DNA of 64,000 nt from the NCBI GenBank assembly GCA_964234715.1, contig OZ174276.1; one strand, given 5' to 3'. The notes below the pieces were generated by a model, which saw only the letters and a list, made by a program, of their open reading frames with translations, ran no database searches and had not been told where the DNA came from. Made by a program: the position numbers and the translations under genes. The DNA is from Podarcis melisellensis (Eukaryota). This document shows, piece by piece, positions 24,081-35,965 of this stretch (within the stretch, counting starts at the first letter, position 1; the number at the start of each line of letters is the position of its first letter).

Positions 24081-26046
24081 GTGAGTGCTTGAAACAGCTT
24101 GGCTAAAACATGGTTTTGCATCTGTAGTAGACTTTGTTGCTTTATTATTTTACTCCTCATCTTCTCCAACAGTAGCTTCATGAGTTAAGATACTGAGTTA
24201 AAAATGTATAATGTGTAAAGGAATTGCTCCCATGTTAAAACATCTCCACTGGTATTCCCTTTTTTTCCCCATGCCCACATAAAACTGCTGGACTTTTGCA
24301 TGTAAAACCATCAGCTGGGGAACCTAAAAGACCATCTTTCTCCCACGTGAACCTGCCTACCAATTTAGATCTTTTTCAGAGGCTTTCCTGTGGACCACTC
24401 TGCTGCAGCTAACAGAAATGGCTTTTAATGTATTATAGGGTGCCCAAATGATGAAATTTTCATCCCAGATATCATCATCATCATTAATAATAATAATAAT
24501 AATAATTATTATTATTATTATTATTTCTGTACCGCCCTTCATCTGAGGATCACAGGGTAGAAGGCACCCCCTGCTACTGAAGCTGCCTGAGCCTCAAGAA
24601 ACAACAATGAATACAGAAGCAACTCCAAGCTATGTGCCTATTTGCCTGGCACTCTATTAATGACCTTTTTTTCTCTAGGCAAAGTCCATTCTATTGCAAA
24701 GGAAGAATACGGAGTGCACTTTTAAGCACACTCCTGAATCTTCTTTTGCAGCCACTGCTTGAATTCAGAATGTGAAAGTTGAAGCTGGAGCTGCGAAAAA
24801 AGAAGCATGAACGCCCTTAGAGTGTGCTTCTAGTGCCTCTTTTTGCAGTCCCTACTTGAACTTCCAGTCACCTGGCTGTCCTACTCAGCTGTCAAAGTGG
24901 CCTGTGGAAGGGTTTTTATCTTACTGGTAGCTGCGTAGAGCTGCATTTTTGCTGCTTTCAGTTTTGTAAGCTGCCCTGAGGGCATCTGCAGCAAAAGGCA
25001 GGCTATAAATTCTATAAATAAACATGCAGTAAGCAGAACAGTAATCAAGCATTGTTTGAAGGCATTGGAATGTGATGGGCCGTTGCCATTAGGTGGTTCC
25101 TCAAGCTATTTCAGTTAAACTTTATATACTTTAGCACATAGGAAGCGTGAGAGAGAAGTGGATCTATAATACTAGTATTTTGAGATGGCTTACTCTGCAG
25201 GCAAGAAGAAAGCCCCACTGAACACAGCAAGATCTGCTTCTGAGTAAACATGAACAAGATTGCACTGCATATTACACAAAGCCTAAAATGTGGAAGCATT
25301 CATGTCAAGTGAAAAGAAGTAGGGCAGTGCTACGATGAATACATCAAAGCCTTCTTGTTCTTTTTGGTGTATAGTAGTGCAGCACAGGAGTAGCCAGCAC
25401 TCCCAGTGGTGTGTCTGTACACAGGGCTTATTTCCCTGTCACCTCTTTCCCCCACCCCATCATAACACAGCTGCCAGAAGGCTTGGTGTGCACCCTATCA
25501 GCTGCTCCTGGTGTGCAGCATGCTACACTTTTTCACTTTTGGTTGCACAGAATATACAACAAAACAACACTCTTACTAAATGGGGAAAGGATGCAGAACA
25601 AATTTGGCATCCCCTACCCCTGCTATTACCAATTATTACCAAAATCTCTAGCAGTGTGATTCCAGGGGCAGAGGAAGAGCTAAGGGGTTGTACTTAATGG
25701 AAAGGATGGAATGAGGTTGATGTTGTTTTCTGAATCTCAAGTTCCAAAAAGGAAGTGGAGAAAGCTTTTAGAATGTCATTTTCTCCCACTCCACAGCTTC
25801 TTGTAAACACACACTTAGGCATGTGCAGAGTTAGGCATGAAAGCAAATAACTGCAAAAACTACAGCAGAAGCTCAACTTTTGTCAACCTTATCTATTGTC
25901 AAGCTCGTGTTTTTTTCTGTAGACTGTACATTCATTGGATACTGTAAATCCATGCAGCTACTAGTGTTAGTAGCAGAAGGGTGCATACAGTTCTTCCAAC
26001 AAATCTTCAACCTGTCTGTTTTGTTTTGTTTCTTTTCCTAATGCAG

Positions 26047-26217
26047 GGGTGCTTTATCTTTTCTCTGGCCAAGTATACACCACTGACCTACAACAAGGTG
26101 TACATATATCCTCAGTGGGCCATTGGCCTGGGGTGGATTCTTGCCCTCTCTTCTATGGTCTGCATCCCGCTTGTAATGCTTATCCGTATTCTACAGTCCG
26201 ATGGCTCTCTCATTGAG
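26047..26217 (+). CDS. SLC6A6: SLC6A6 coding exon 12 ([10 protein letters not shown]...DGSLIE)
   Basis: AG/GT bounded, 171 nt. Confidence 0.96.
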
Positions 26218-27610
26218 GTAAGTCAACAACCTGGAAGCACATGAGAATGCACACTGGCCTTCACAGGCTTTTTTCTCCGAAACTGCCTTCCCAGCATCAG
26301 CTTCAGTGCTTTGCTGCAGGATCCAGGCTATTTCCAGCGCACATACATCATTTCTACATCTACAAAATTTTTCCTGGTCATTCATTCAACGGATAGGGCA
26401 ATTTTACAGGCCCTGTTATTTTGGTGCATTCACAATGCTTAAAACAGGGCATAGCATAGTTCCTCTGTTGAACTGGACAAGGTTCAGTGCAATTAAATAA
26501 GATGCCTGTTGCTTTAGTCATATTTACATTCTGGAAAAGAATACAGGTGCTCAATAATTTTAGCTTCTGGACAGCTGGAACGCGGCCAGTATAGAGCAAA
26601 GTTAGAAATGCATGGGATTGTAATATTTGCTAAAAGAACTGGTGTCCATTTACAAACCACAAAGCCCTCTCTATCCAAGTTGATTCCTCTAAGCCAGTAC
26701 AGTAATTTCCAACCTTTTCCAACCTGGGACCTTACTTAGCCCAAACATCCACACCATTTCTTAAAGGGACTTCTTTGCAATTGTACTTACTGGAGTGGAG
26801 ATACCCAGGTATAAAATGTGGAGACTCTATCACATAGGAAGTGTGCAAGCATTTGGTACTGTAATAATCAAATGCACAGAAACAGTAATCAGGCAATAAT
26901 ATAGGCCTTTTTATTAATATGTTTTTAATTAATTATCCGTTTTTAAACAACATGTATTTTAAATAACAACACTCAAATATATTCATTCTAATAAATAGTT
27001 TACAATCAGGTGTCAATACAGTTAACTTACTAATTCCTTCATTGTGTAGCAGGCTTTCCCCCCAGTATAGAACTTCTATTTTCATACATTTCTAAAGGGG
27101 CAAGCTTCAAATATGTATCCTTTTTAAATAAATCCAGGACTCATCTATTTTGCGCTATTACTATTTTGCCTGAGTATAAGAGTTGCATGAGTAGCAGTCC
27201 TCTGCCTAGTTTCTATACTGGAATCTCAGACACGTCAGCCTAGCTTTTGATGATTGTACTTTGACAAGAGCCCTAGTAAAGACGTGAAGGTCCACCTGTG
27301 GGGTCCACATGTTGAGTGTGCAGCCTCCCTTCCAGGTGCTGCACCATAGATGAGCATCCTAGCTACATAGTGTGCTGTGTGGAAGGATCTGGCCTGCATC
27401 AGCTGCACTACTGAGTTAAGAGAGCCACCTAGTGGAAGCAGTAACTTATCAGTACCTCAGGTCCAAGTGATGCTCACTGCATATTACTCACACTAGCTTC
27501 CCCCCAAAACCTTTCTTCTGTGTTGCCTTCTTGTTCTTTGCATTATCACACTTTCTCCCAGTAACAAAATCAGTTTTCTGATCATTTTTTTGCCATTTGA
27601 ACCGTGAATA

Positions 27611-28061
27611 CATAAGAGCAGCCCTGCCAAATCATACCAAAGGCATGTGTATTTCAACACCCCCCTTCCCCCCCCCCAAAGTCAGATCCTTGCAGGAAAC
27701 CCACAAGCAGCGCCCTCTTTCATTTGTTCACTAGTGACTTGAATAACTCAGAAGCATGGTGTCTCTGATCCCGAGGAAGCATACAGGCATCGTGATGGGT
27801 AGCCACTGATAGCCCTACCTTCCATCAATTGGTCTAATCCCTTTTAAAAGCCAGCAGCCACTGCCGCTGACATTTTGCAGCAGCCAATTCCCTCACTTAG
27901 CAATGTGCTGTATGAAGAAATACTCCATCTCCTTTGGGCCAAATCTATTCAGTTTATTAATTACCCCTCACCATAAGGTCCCAGGACAGGTTACATCCAT
28001 TTAAAATGCAATATTTGAAAACAGGCTACCTATTAAGTTCTCTTGGATGACTGTGTGTGTG

Positions 28062-28092
<31 letters not shown>

Positions 28093-28290
28093 TGAAAGAG
28101 ATAGGTCTCTCCTCTCTTTCCACACTATGCATCATTTTACACAACTCTGTCATGTCTTCTCTGACCTTTTTTTCTAAACCAGAAAACCCCAGGTGTTCTA
28201 ATCTTTCCACATAGCGGAGCTGTCCTTTTCTATACCCTTTCCTGTTCTACAATATTCCTCCCCCCCCCTTTTTTTTTGAGATGCAGCAAC
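27611..28290 (-). mobile_element. CR1 LINE 3' fragment (ORF2 C-terminus + 3' UTR) containing a (GT)n tract
   Basis: Minus-strand peptide ERLEHLGFSGLEKKVREDMTELCKMMH resembles CR1 ORF2 ERLxxLGLFSLEKRRLRGDMIEVYKIM. Confidence 0.75.
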
Positions 28291-29088
28291 CAGAACTGTT
28301 GGCATTGGCTTGTGTTCATTGCAGTGCTACTGCCAAGGTGCTGTCAGCACAAGGATTTTCCTTGCATGATGGGACCTTCTTCCCTTGTGCCCCCCCCCGA
28401 TCTTTTCTGGGGGTTGCCCCAACCCTCCAGAGCTGTTTTGGGAACAGCACAGGAGGAGGAAGGAATTAATGTGGGAATCCTTGTACTAGCTTCTGCTGGT
28501 GCAATGCGTTTGCTGAATATGACCCAGTGTGCTATTTCAAGTGTGCTACATCATAGGTATTGGTATTATAATACTGGCAGTTTTATTTTCAGCCCCTTTC
28601 CTAACAATTCCTAGTATGATATTCAGTTTTTTTCTACAGCTGCTGCAGGCTGAGTTGATGCATATCTACCATAACCTCTCCCCACCTCGCCTCTGCCGGT
28701 GATATTTTTCTGGTCATCACTGCCAGTTCTGTCATACACGTTTGGATTCCACTAAATTGTGTGCATAGAACAAGGTCCATTCATGCAATTATGCTTCCAT
28801 CTCCTCTTCCCACGTGCCCTTTCCTTCCAATCTGCTCTGGAGCATTGGGGAAGCCCCCAGAACAGGTTTAGGGGGCATCTGGTTGGGCTTTGCTTATGTT
28901 CTTATAAGGAAAGGAGGGAAAATCTCGAGCACACCCCATTCTGTGCACACAAGCATCCTGCTAAGCCTTACATTGAACTCTGCCCACATTCATGTATCCG
29001 TAAAGTTAGGCTTTTTCACTCCAATTTTTCACTCCATAATGATCTGGAAGCCTTTTCAAATACCATGTTTCCCTTTCTCTCTTTCCAG

Positions 29089-29229
29089 AGGGTGAAGACA
29101 GTGGCTGCCCCTCGTGAGATAACTCGGTGGGAGAAAGAAACAGAGAGCGCTGCCCCCTTCTGCCCTCCTGGAATGGCCAATGGAGAACTGATCAAGCCAA
29201 CTCATATCATCGTGGAGACAATGATGTGA
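29089..29229 (+). CDS. SLC6A6: SLC6A6 last coding exon (RVKTVAAPRE...HIIVETMM*)
   Basis: AG acceptor at 29087-29088, TGA at 29227-29229. Confidence 0.96.
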   Translation, partial: RVKTVAAPREITRWEKETESAAPFCPPGMANGELIKPTHIIVETMM

Positions 29230-32200
29230 GCTCTCTCTATGAGAGGAAGACGCCTGCTTTAAAACTGCCGTTTACTAACCATAGAATCTCTCATAGGACC
29301 AGGTTTACAGAGCTTTATATTTGCACTAGGATTTATTTTTATTTCTCACAGAGAAAGTTATTTTTTGTGTGTTCAGTTTTTATTTTTTAATATTTTGTAA
29401 AGTAAATCACAGTGGATGCCTCTCGCTCTATTTAGAGGCAGAGCTTTCATATCAAATTAGGCACACTGCAGGAATTTACTAATTTTCTCTCTCCACACAC
29501 AACATATCTATCTAACGCCTATTCATGATACCACTTTACCACTTGAGTTGATTTTCTTGCCAGCAATATATACATGGGCTGCAATCCTATGCACATTTTC
29601 TTGGGATTATGCCCCATTGAACACAGTGGGACTTACTTCTGAGTAAACATATATAGGATTATGCCAACACACAACATATATAAATATATGCATATACACG
29701 TTTCAAATTTCTTTAGGTGCTGGTGTGGTTGCGAACAGGGTAAAACCAAAACTTAAGAAAGTGAATATCTCACTGGAGGCATTTGCTTTTTTAATGCTTA
29801 TGTTGTTTTAAGAAACTGGTTTTCAAAGGTGTGGCACTATCTTCCTCTGGTTCAAGTGGGGAGAATTAAAGCAGGAAAGGGTACATGCTTTTATGCTTAT
29901 TGTGGTCCATGTAAAATATAGAGAGATTGTAGATATATATTTGTGTGCTTGTAATTGGAAAAGCTGCAATATGGGGTGGGAATTGGGAGCAGTTGGGAAC
30001 CAAGGGAACAATCCACGCAGCAGCCATCTCCCGAGTACGGTTTCTGTGCGAAAAGCCTGCAAGAGGGTGGCAAGGTCATTCCTGCTTGGGTGGCATTTTG
30101 CCAGGCAGTACCCTCTCAGGGCCATTTTCTATATCCCACAAGTCCCGTCTTCCCTAAGCCAGTTCTGTGTTAATATCCCAACAGAGGCAGAGTTTATATG
30201 TAGACTTCTGAGAAAGACATGCTGACCTTTGTGTTGCTCTACTACTATTGTTGGTATAGAAGGGTTTCTCTGAGAAGCCGCCATGTGTCCCAGATCCCTT
30301 CTTGGGTTACTTTTTGAGACACGAGAGTAACTTAACAGGTCGGCGGAGTGGACTGAAGCAAAGTGATGTGGAGAGTGGCCCGTTTTCCGCAGGCCGTACT
30401 CGAGAAATGATCTGGCTTTGACTTGAATTTTCTTAGAAAGGTAGCTTGCTGTCAAAGAGCACGTATAGAAGTGCAGCATTTGCAAGGATGCTGCAAAAGC
30501 GCTGTGCAATTCTGAAGCATTTTTGAAACCCCAAACTTGCCAAAATTTATCATTTCTAGTTCACAGAAAGGAGTGTTGGGCCTGTATCATTCAAAGCAGC
30601 GTAGTAGCATATCGGTCACTGTAAAACCTGAAATGGACCTCTAGACCCACTGCTGAGGAAGCTACTGCAGCACAGGACTATTCAGGACATGCAGCTGAGT
30701 GTGTGAGAGAGAAAGAAGGAAATGCAGGAGGCAGACTTAGATCCTGATCCTCACAGGCATTTAAGTAGAGTCATCATTTGTATCGTATGGAGATAAGTAA
30801 GCACAAGAAGATGAAATGAGCTACAAAGGCATTTTAGTTTGGATGAGGCATGAAACATCTGAACAAGATTTTTCATCAATGAACTAAGCATACAGAACTT
30901 TCCCACTTACCTCAGGAATAAGGATTTGCTTCTGGAAATCTCACCTCAGTTTTGACCAAGCCCTGGTTCTTATGGAAGGTAATAAGATGATGTTGGATAA
31001 AGGCTCTTAGACCCTCCCATATGGGCATTGATCTTGGGGGAGGTGGTGCCCCTTTTTAAGTGAGTATTGGCACTAAACGCAATATGGGCAGGATTGTAAG
31101 CCAGAAATGGCAGCAAAGCCTTTACCTGAGTACCTGTAGCCAGTTTAGTCTGTCAGTGACAGATACTGTAGTTTAAACTGGAACCTAGCCAGTATTTAAA
31201 AACATTCCTAATTACATTTTTTTAAAAGAAAAAAGAAAACCTAAGAAAATGTCTACGTGTGTCCCATGCTCTCATTGGCCACAGCGTATTGGCTTTACAA
31301 ATGCTTGCTAAGTCATGTCAGGTTTTATATGAAATGGAAACAACAACTTTAAATAAAAAAGGACCAAAGCACAGTTATTTCAAGTTTCTTGTATAGCTGA
31401 CTTTTTTTTTTTAAGGTAAGAGTCTCAAATTTATTTTTATGCGAGGGAACTGAACTTTGAGTACACACAGGTGGTCAGGGTCAGGGCTTTCATTTTCCAG
31501 TGACCATCCTACTGGAAGAGCCTTAAGCCAAACACTTCCATAATATGCGATGACATGATAGCATCGTTCTCAAATCCTAGCCCCTACCAGCTGAAAAGCT
31601 TAACCTGGAGGGCTAAGGCAGCCAAGGGAAAGCTGACCTCTCTCATCCAAGCCTCATTGCTAGCCAAAGTAGGACTCCAATTTAATAAGCACAGGTCTCT
31701 TTTCATGCTATTGGGAAGCAATGAGGAGTTAGGCCAGAAGCAGATCTTAACTGAATTCCCTTGACTCTCCCTGGTGCACATTGACCTAAATACGGTGCAG
31801 TGTATATTTTGATAAGCAAGTAAATAAATGAGTTCAGGCTTTCCAAAGCAGCTGATGATCCCAGTGCAAATATAATCAACCAGGGGATACTCTAAGCACA
31901 TATTGTGGGAGGATGAATTTCCAGAACAAAACCAGAAAGAATCAGTCCTGCGCCTTTAGAGTTCCAGCTAGGGAAGACAAGTACCCAGCCCATTTTGAGG
32001 TTAAGCTGTGCCATTTGAATCAGTAGCTTCCATGTTGAGGGTGAAAGGGTTTTATAGGCATATACACAGTGACCTTAAAAAGTTATGCTAGCTAGTTAGT
32101 GTAATTGGGGGCGGGTGGGGGTGAGCAAAGCCTCAATCAAGTTTAACACAGCCTGTCATCCCTAGGTTTTCTGTTCCAAGGAGCACATTTTCACACCGCA

Positions 32201-35200
32201 AAATCTCTGAATAATTGAATGTGGTAAATCTGAATGTCAACAGTAGATTCTGCCAAATTAAAGGGCATGGGGTGGGAGTGGGGGCAGGGTTAGGGGGACA
32301 TTGTAAACAACTGTTTGTATTTTCTACTTATTTATGATTGAAAAAAAGAAAGACTGGTTTTTTTCTAATTTACTTTGTAGAACTTTGTGGCCTATTTTAT
32401 CTGTTATTTTGTAACTAAGAAGTTAAATATTCAGTATTGTGACTAACTGTTGGTGAACTGGTTTGGATTCAGGGAGATGGGGGAGGGAGGGCGGAATAGC
32501 ATAAATGTTTGTTCACATAAGTGATTGCATTTCCAAAAAAAGAAGAAGTGGGGAGAGAATGAGAGCATACCTTGAATGCTTTGTGGGTTTGGAAAAGGGA
32601 CATGTTCTTGAAAAAGTGTTCTTGATTTGGATGAATTCCATAAATGTCCAGTTACAGATCACTTGGACGTTCAAGACACCTGCAGCCAGCAGTTGCAGAT
32701 CTGGTTCTGACCAAAGCAGTTTCCAGAGTTGTCTGGTAACTTTTGTTTAAGAGAAGGACACATCTTCCAAACTTTCAGCATTAATTCATCATTAGTCACA
32801 ATCTCGTTGAGAGGTATCAGTTAATAACAATATAACGAGAAGTACACATTTACAAAATATTTATACATACTGTAAATTAGAAAAAAATAGGAGTTAATTC
32901 ACATTATTTACACTTTGCTTCAAAACTATGTATGTGGTTCTGGTCAGATTGAATCCGCAAGGCAGAATAAGCATCAGAATCAGAGCATGGATGTTTTGAG
33001 CAACCAAAAACCTGGGTGTTTTGTTATTTAAGCAGCAACAGCTGGGCTGGGCAGCTGCTGAGGCAGGCCTAGGGAGGCAGAGGGAAGAGGAATGGCTGGA
33101 GGATAGGTGAGCAGTCAAGGCTGATGGAAGGAAACTTGCAGCTAATTTATGCAACGAGAAGGTGTGCTGCTATGGCAACAGAAATTACTGTGCTTTGCTT
33201 TAAGCCTTAAAGAGTAATGTAATTTTTCCTTTATGGTGTGACCTTAACCCATGTTTACTTGGAGGTTAAGCACCATCATGTGCAATGGGGCATGCTTCTG
33301 AGTAATATACATAGCAGATCTCCACTTCCAAATGCCACCAGGAAACAATTTCAAAGAGGCAAGAAGTGTTTCAGGGTTTTATCCAGTTGTACCTCTCCTG
33401 ACTGGCAAAAGGCTGCTTTGTCTAGTGGTGGCTTCCATACTGGAAAGCGAGAGGTTGTTTTTTGCAAGTCCCCTCTTACTCCTGCATTGCCCTGCACTAC
33501 AAAGGGCTCCCCAAATCTCTGGATCAGATTTAGGGGACTGCAGAGGGAACGGAGAATCAGCGGCAATTGCATCTTCTCCCTGCTTGTCCTCCTGTTTCTG
33601 TATGTGTAAACCTTCAGTGGATCAAAGAGACTTCCATCTACAGAGGGACACCATTGGGTACAACCCTCAGCCATTATTGCCTCTCTATCCATCAGCCAGT
33701 AGGACACTAGACAGTTGTAAACCTTGCACAGCTTTCTTTGCTTGAGAAGGACCTGAACTCAAAGCATTTAGTTAAAAAAAAACCTTTCCTCTAGCATTTT
33801 TTAGAAGTCTGTAGTTGCTAGCCTGTTATAAACTGAAGGTGATTTCCATGCTGTATTGAGTAAATCATATTGACTGGTGAAACTGTGCTGAACAGAAGCT
33901 CAAATAAGATTTTAAAGGAACAATCACATCTCCACTGAGGCACAATGATTCTTCATTATTTTTCTTTTAATAGTGATCAGTGCAGAATAAAAACTTGGTT
34001 CTTTCCTGTATGGGAAAAGGTAGTGATGTTCTGAACTACCTTGCAGTGTTTGATTTTTTTGCAAGAACTGTACACTAAAGGAAAAAATTGTTTTATCATA
34101 TGGAATGATGAACCCAAACTTGGATGCCATCTGTTTGGGACTGGAGGCGGGTTGGAACCCAAATCCAAGCTGAAATCCAGGAGCACAACCCAGCTTTCTG
34201 CACACAATTGACCAAATGTTCAGATGCTAGTCTCTGAACTGTACCACTTTTGTCCAGAGCTCAATCTCAGCCATGGTTAGAATTTGAAACCTCCTTCCAA
34301 TGTATGATTAAATAATATTGAAAATGGACGAGGAAGCTTGGAAATCATCCAGATTCAAGCTCTACAGTTTCACATTGGTTTGCTTAAATTTAGAGTGGGA
34401 GTCCAAATTGTGCTAAACGCTTGGCAGGAAGAATGTAATTTTAGACCACATGTTGGTTTCCTAGTTCCTTCTGGAAAGGAGCTGTGTATTCCACCTGTCT
34501 CTATCTAAATCTCTAAAAGTATCTGCTGACAGCCTAGTCTGCAATTCAGTTAAGCCAAAGTATTTTGATTTAAGCCAATTCTGCCTCGTCGTCTTCTATG
34601 GTACTAAATCCATAGAAGTCCCAGTCCTACAGCATGAACAAGTTGTGGATTAGGCTGTTGGTTGCCTGTTAGTACTTTATGGAAGGCTGGAGGGGTGGGC
34701 AAAAATGATAAGATGTGCATTCCTTTGTCAGGAAATAAAACGTGGTAGCTTATTTTTAAACGATAGCCTTAGGAATTCCACTGACAGCACTAATACTAGC
34801 TATGGAACTAGATCTGAAAATTCCCATGATAAGTTCAGTTTAATTTTTTTTTGGGGGGGGGAGAGAAGTAAAATGTGCTAAAAGAAAACTAACCCCTTAT
34901 TTCCTTTAAAAAAAAAAACCACAAAAAGATATTTTCAAGTTCTGCAATCCACTTAACTGATATCTACTTTAGCTGGCTGGCTCAAAGATGAACCCAGATA
35001 TGCAGACACGCAGCCTGCTCTTCAAAATGTTCAAGGGAGCTCATTTCCCTATAAATATTCTTAGGATTGCAGCTGGAATATTGTTAAGTTAGGGTTGGGG
35101 CCGGAATGAGTTTTCTAGCTCAGATGTGTTTGCCGAGCCCTATGCATTGCGCAAGCAAGTTGGCCTAAGGCTGGACGCCAACCCCTTCCTATGGGCAGCC

Positions 35201-35965
35201 AGGCAACTGAGTTGAAAAACTCTCTGGAAGGACAGGGTAACAGATGAGCTGCCAAATGGCTAACCATCAGCTGCAGAAGGGCAATGCTTGTCTGTCTGTG
35301 TGTATGTGAGCATGTGACTTATTTTAAGGAAGGACAAGGTGTTAGATGGCAGGAACCAAAGGACAGTCTGAGGCTGTTCATAAATGTCTCTTCCCACCTC
35401 CCCTCGAAGCAGTCAGTGCAGTGCTCTGATACATTCACTGTTGTAATAGAACATTGTTTGTGTTGTTGCTGTATTGTGCTGTAGCGGTTTTGAAAGGAAT
35501 GCATCTCCAGGGGCTCTACAGTTATAAAAATAAGACATGACAGCCTCTTTAGTCTACTGAAAACAGTGGTGAGCATTTTGGAATTATTATTTGAATTCAC
35601 ACTTGTGACTACCATCTGTCAGGAGTAGCCACGTGGATTGGAGAGGACACCAGACTCTCCTCCTTTTAAAAAATAATTTTTGAGAATAATTTTTTAAGAA
35701 GACATTTTAAACCTGTTGTCGTTTGTCATTCTTATTGTTCCAGAAAGGAATATTTGTATAGGAATAAGAATTTGGAGTGTACTTCAATCCAGAAAATAAA
35801 TTAGGTTTTATTTGTGTATACCGTAAATGTTTGTATTTTGCAGTTTTATCTGTTTTGCTTTTTAGATAAAGAAAATGTATATTGATATTTTAAAAGTCAT
35901 TTTTGCTTTTTTAGATGAGTTTGTAATCATCACAAACAGAAAAATAAAAAAGCCTTTCCTTTATA
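29230..35965 (+). other. SLC6A6: Putative long SLC6A6 3' UTR
   Basis: The proximal block (TCATAGGACCAGGTTTACAGAGCTTTATATTTGCACTAGG) resembles the mammalian UTR as I recall it. A U-rich terminal block has AATAAA at 35795 and 35943. The true end is not provable from sequence. Confidence 0.55.
35943..35948 (+). terminator. Candidate SLC6A6 poly(A) signal AATAAA
   Basis: AATAAA after a U-rich, TGTA-rich block typical of mRNA 3' ends; an alternative signal lies at 35795-35800. Confidence 0.5.

Larger units (their letters stand above)
4204..29229 (+). other. SLC6A6: SLC6A6 gene span (start to stop codon), sodium- and chloride-dependent taurine transporter, 13 coding exons expected
   Basis: N-terminus [44 protein letters not shown] and C-terminus KPTHIIVETMM match TauT. 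Exon sizes 229/135/235/133/135/104/[125]/113/138/103/101/171/141 sum to 1863 nt (620 aa + stop). Confidence 0.97.

Noticed and set aside
29215-29229. TauT C-terminal ETMM as a PDZ ligand for the neighbouring GRIP2
   Set aside because: Gene adjacency is not evidence of interaction, and characterised GRIP PDZ ligands are mostly class II.
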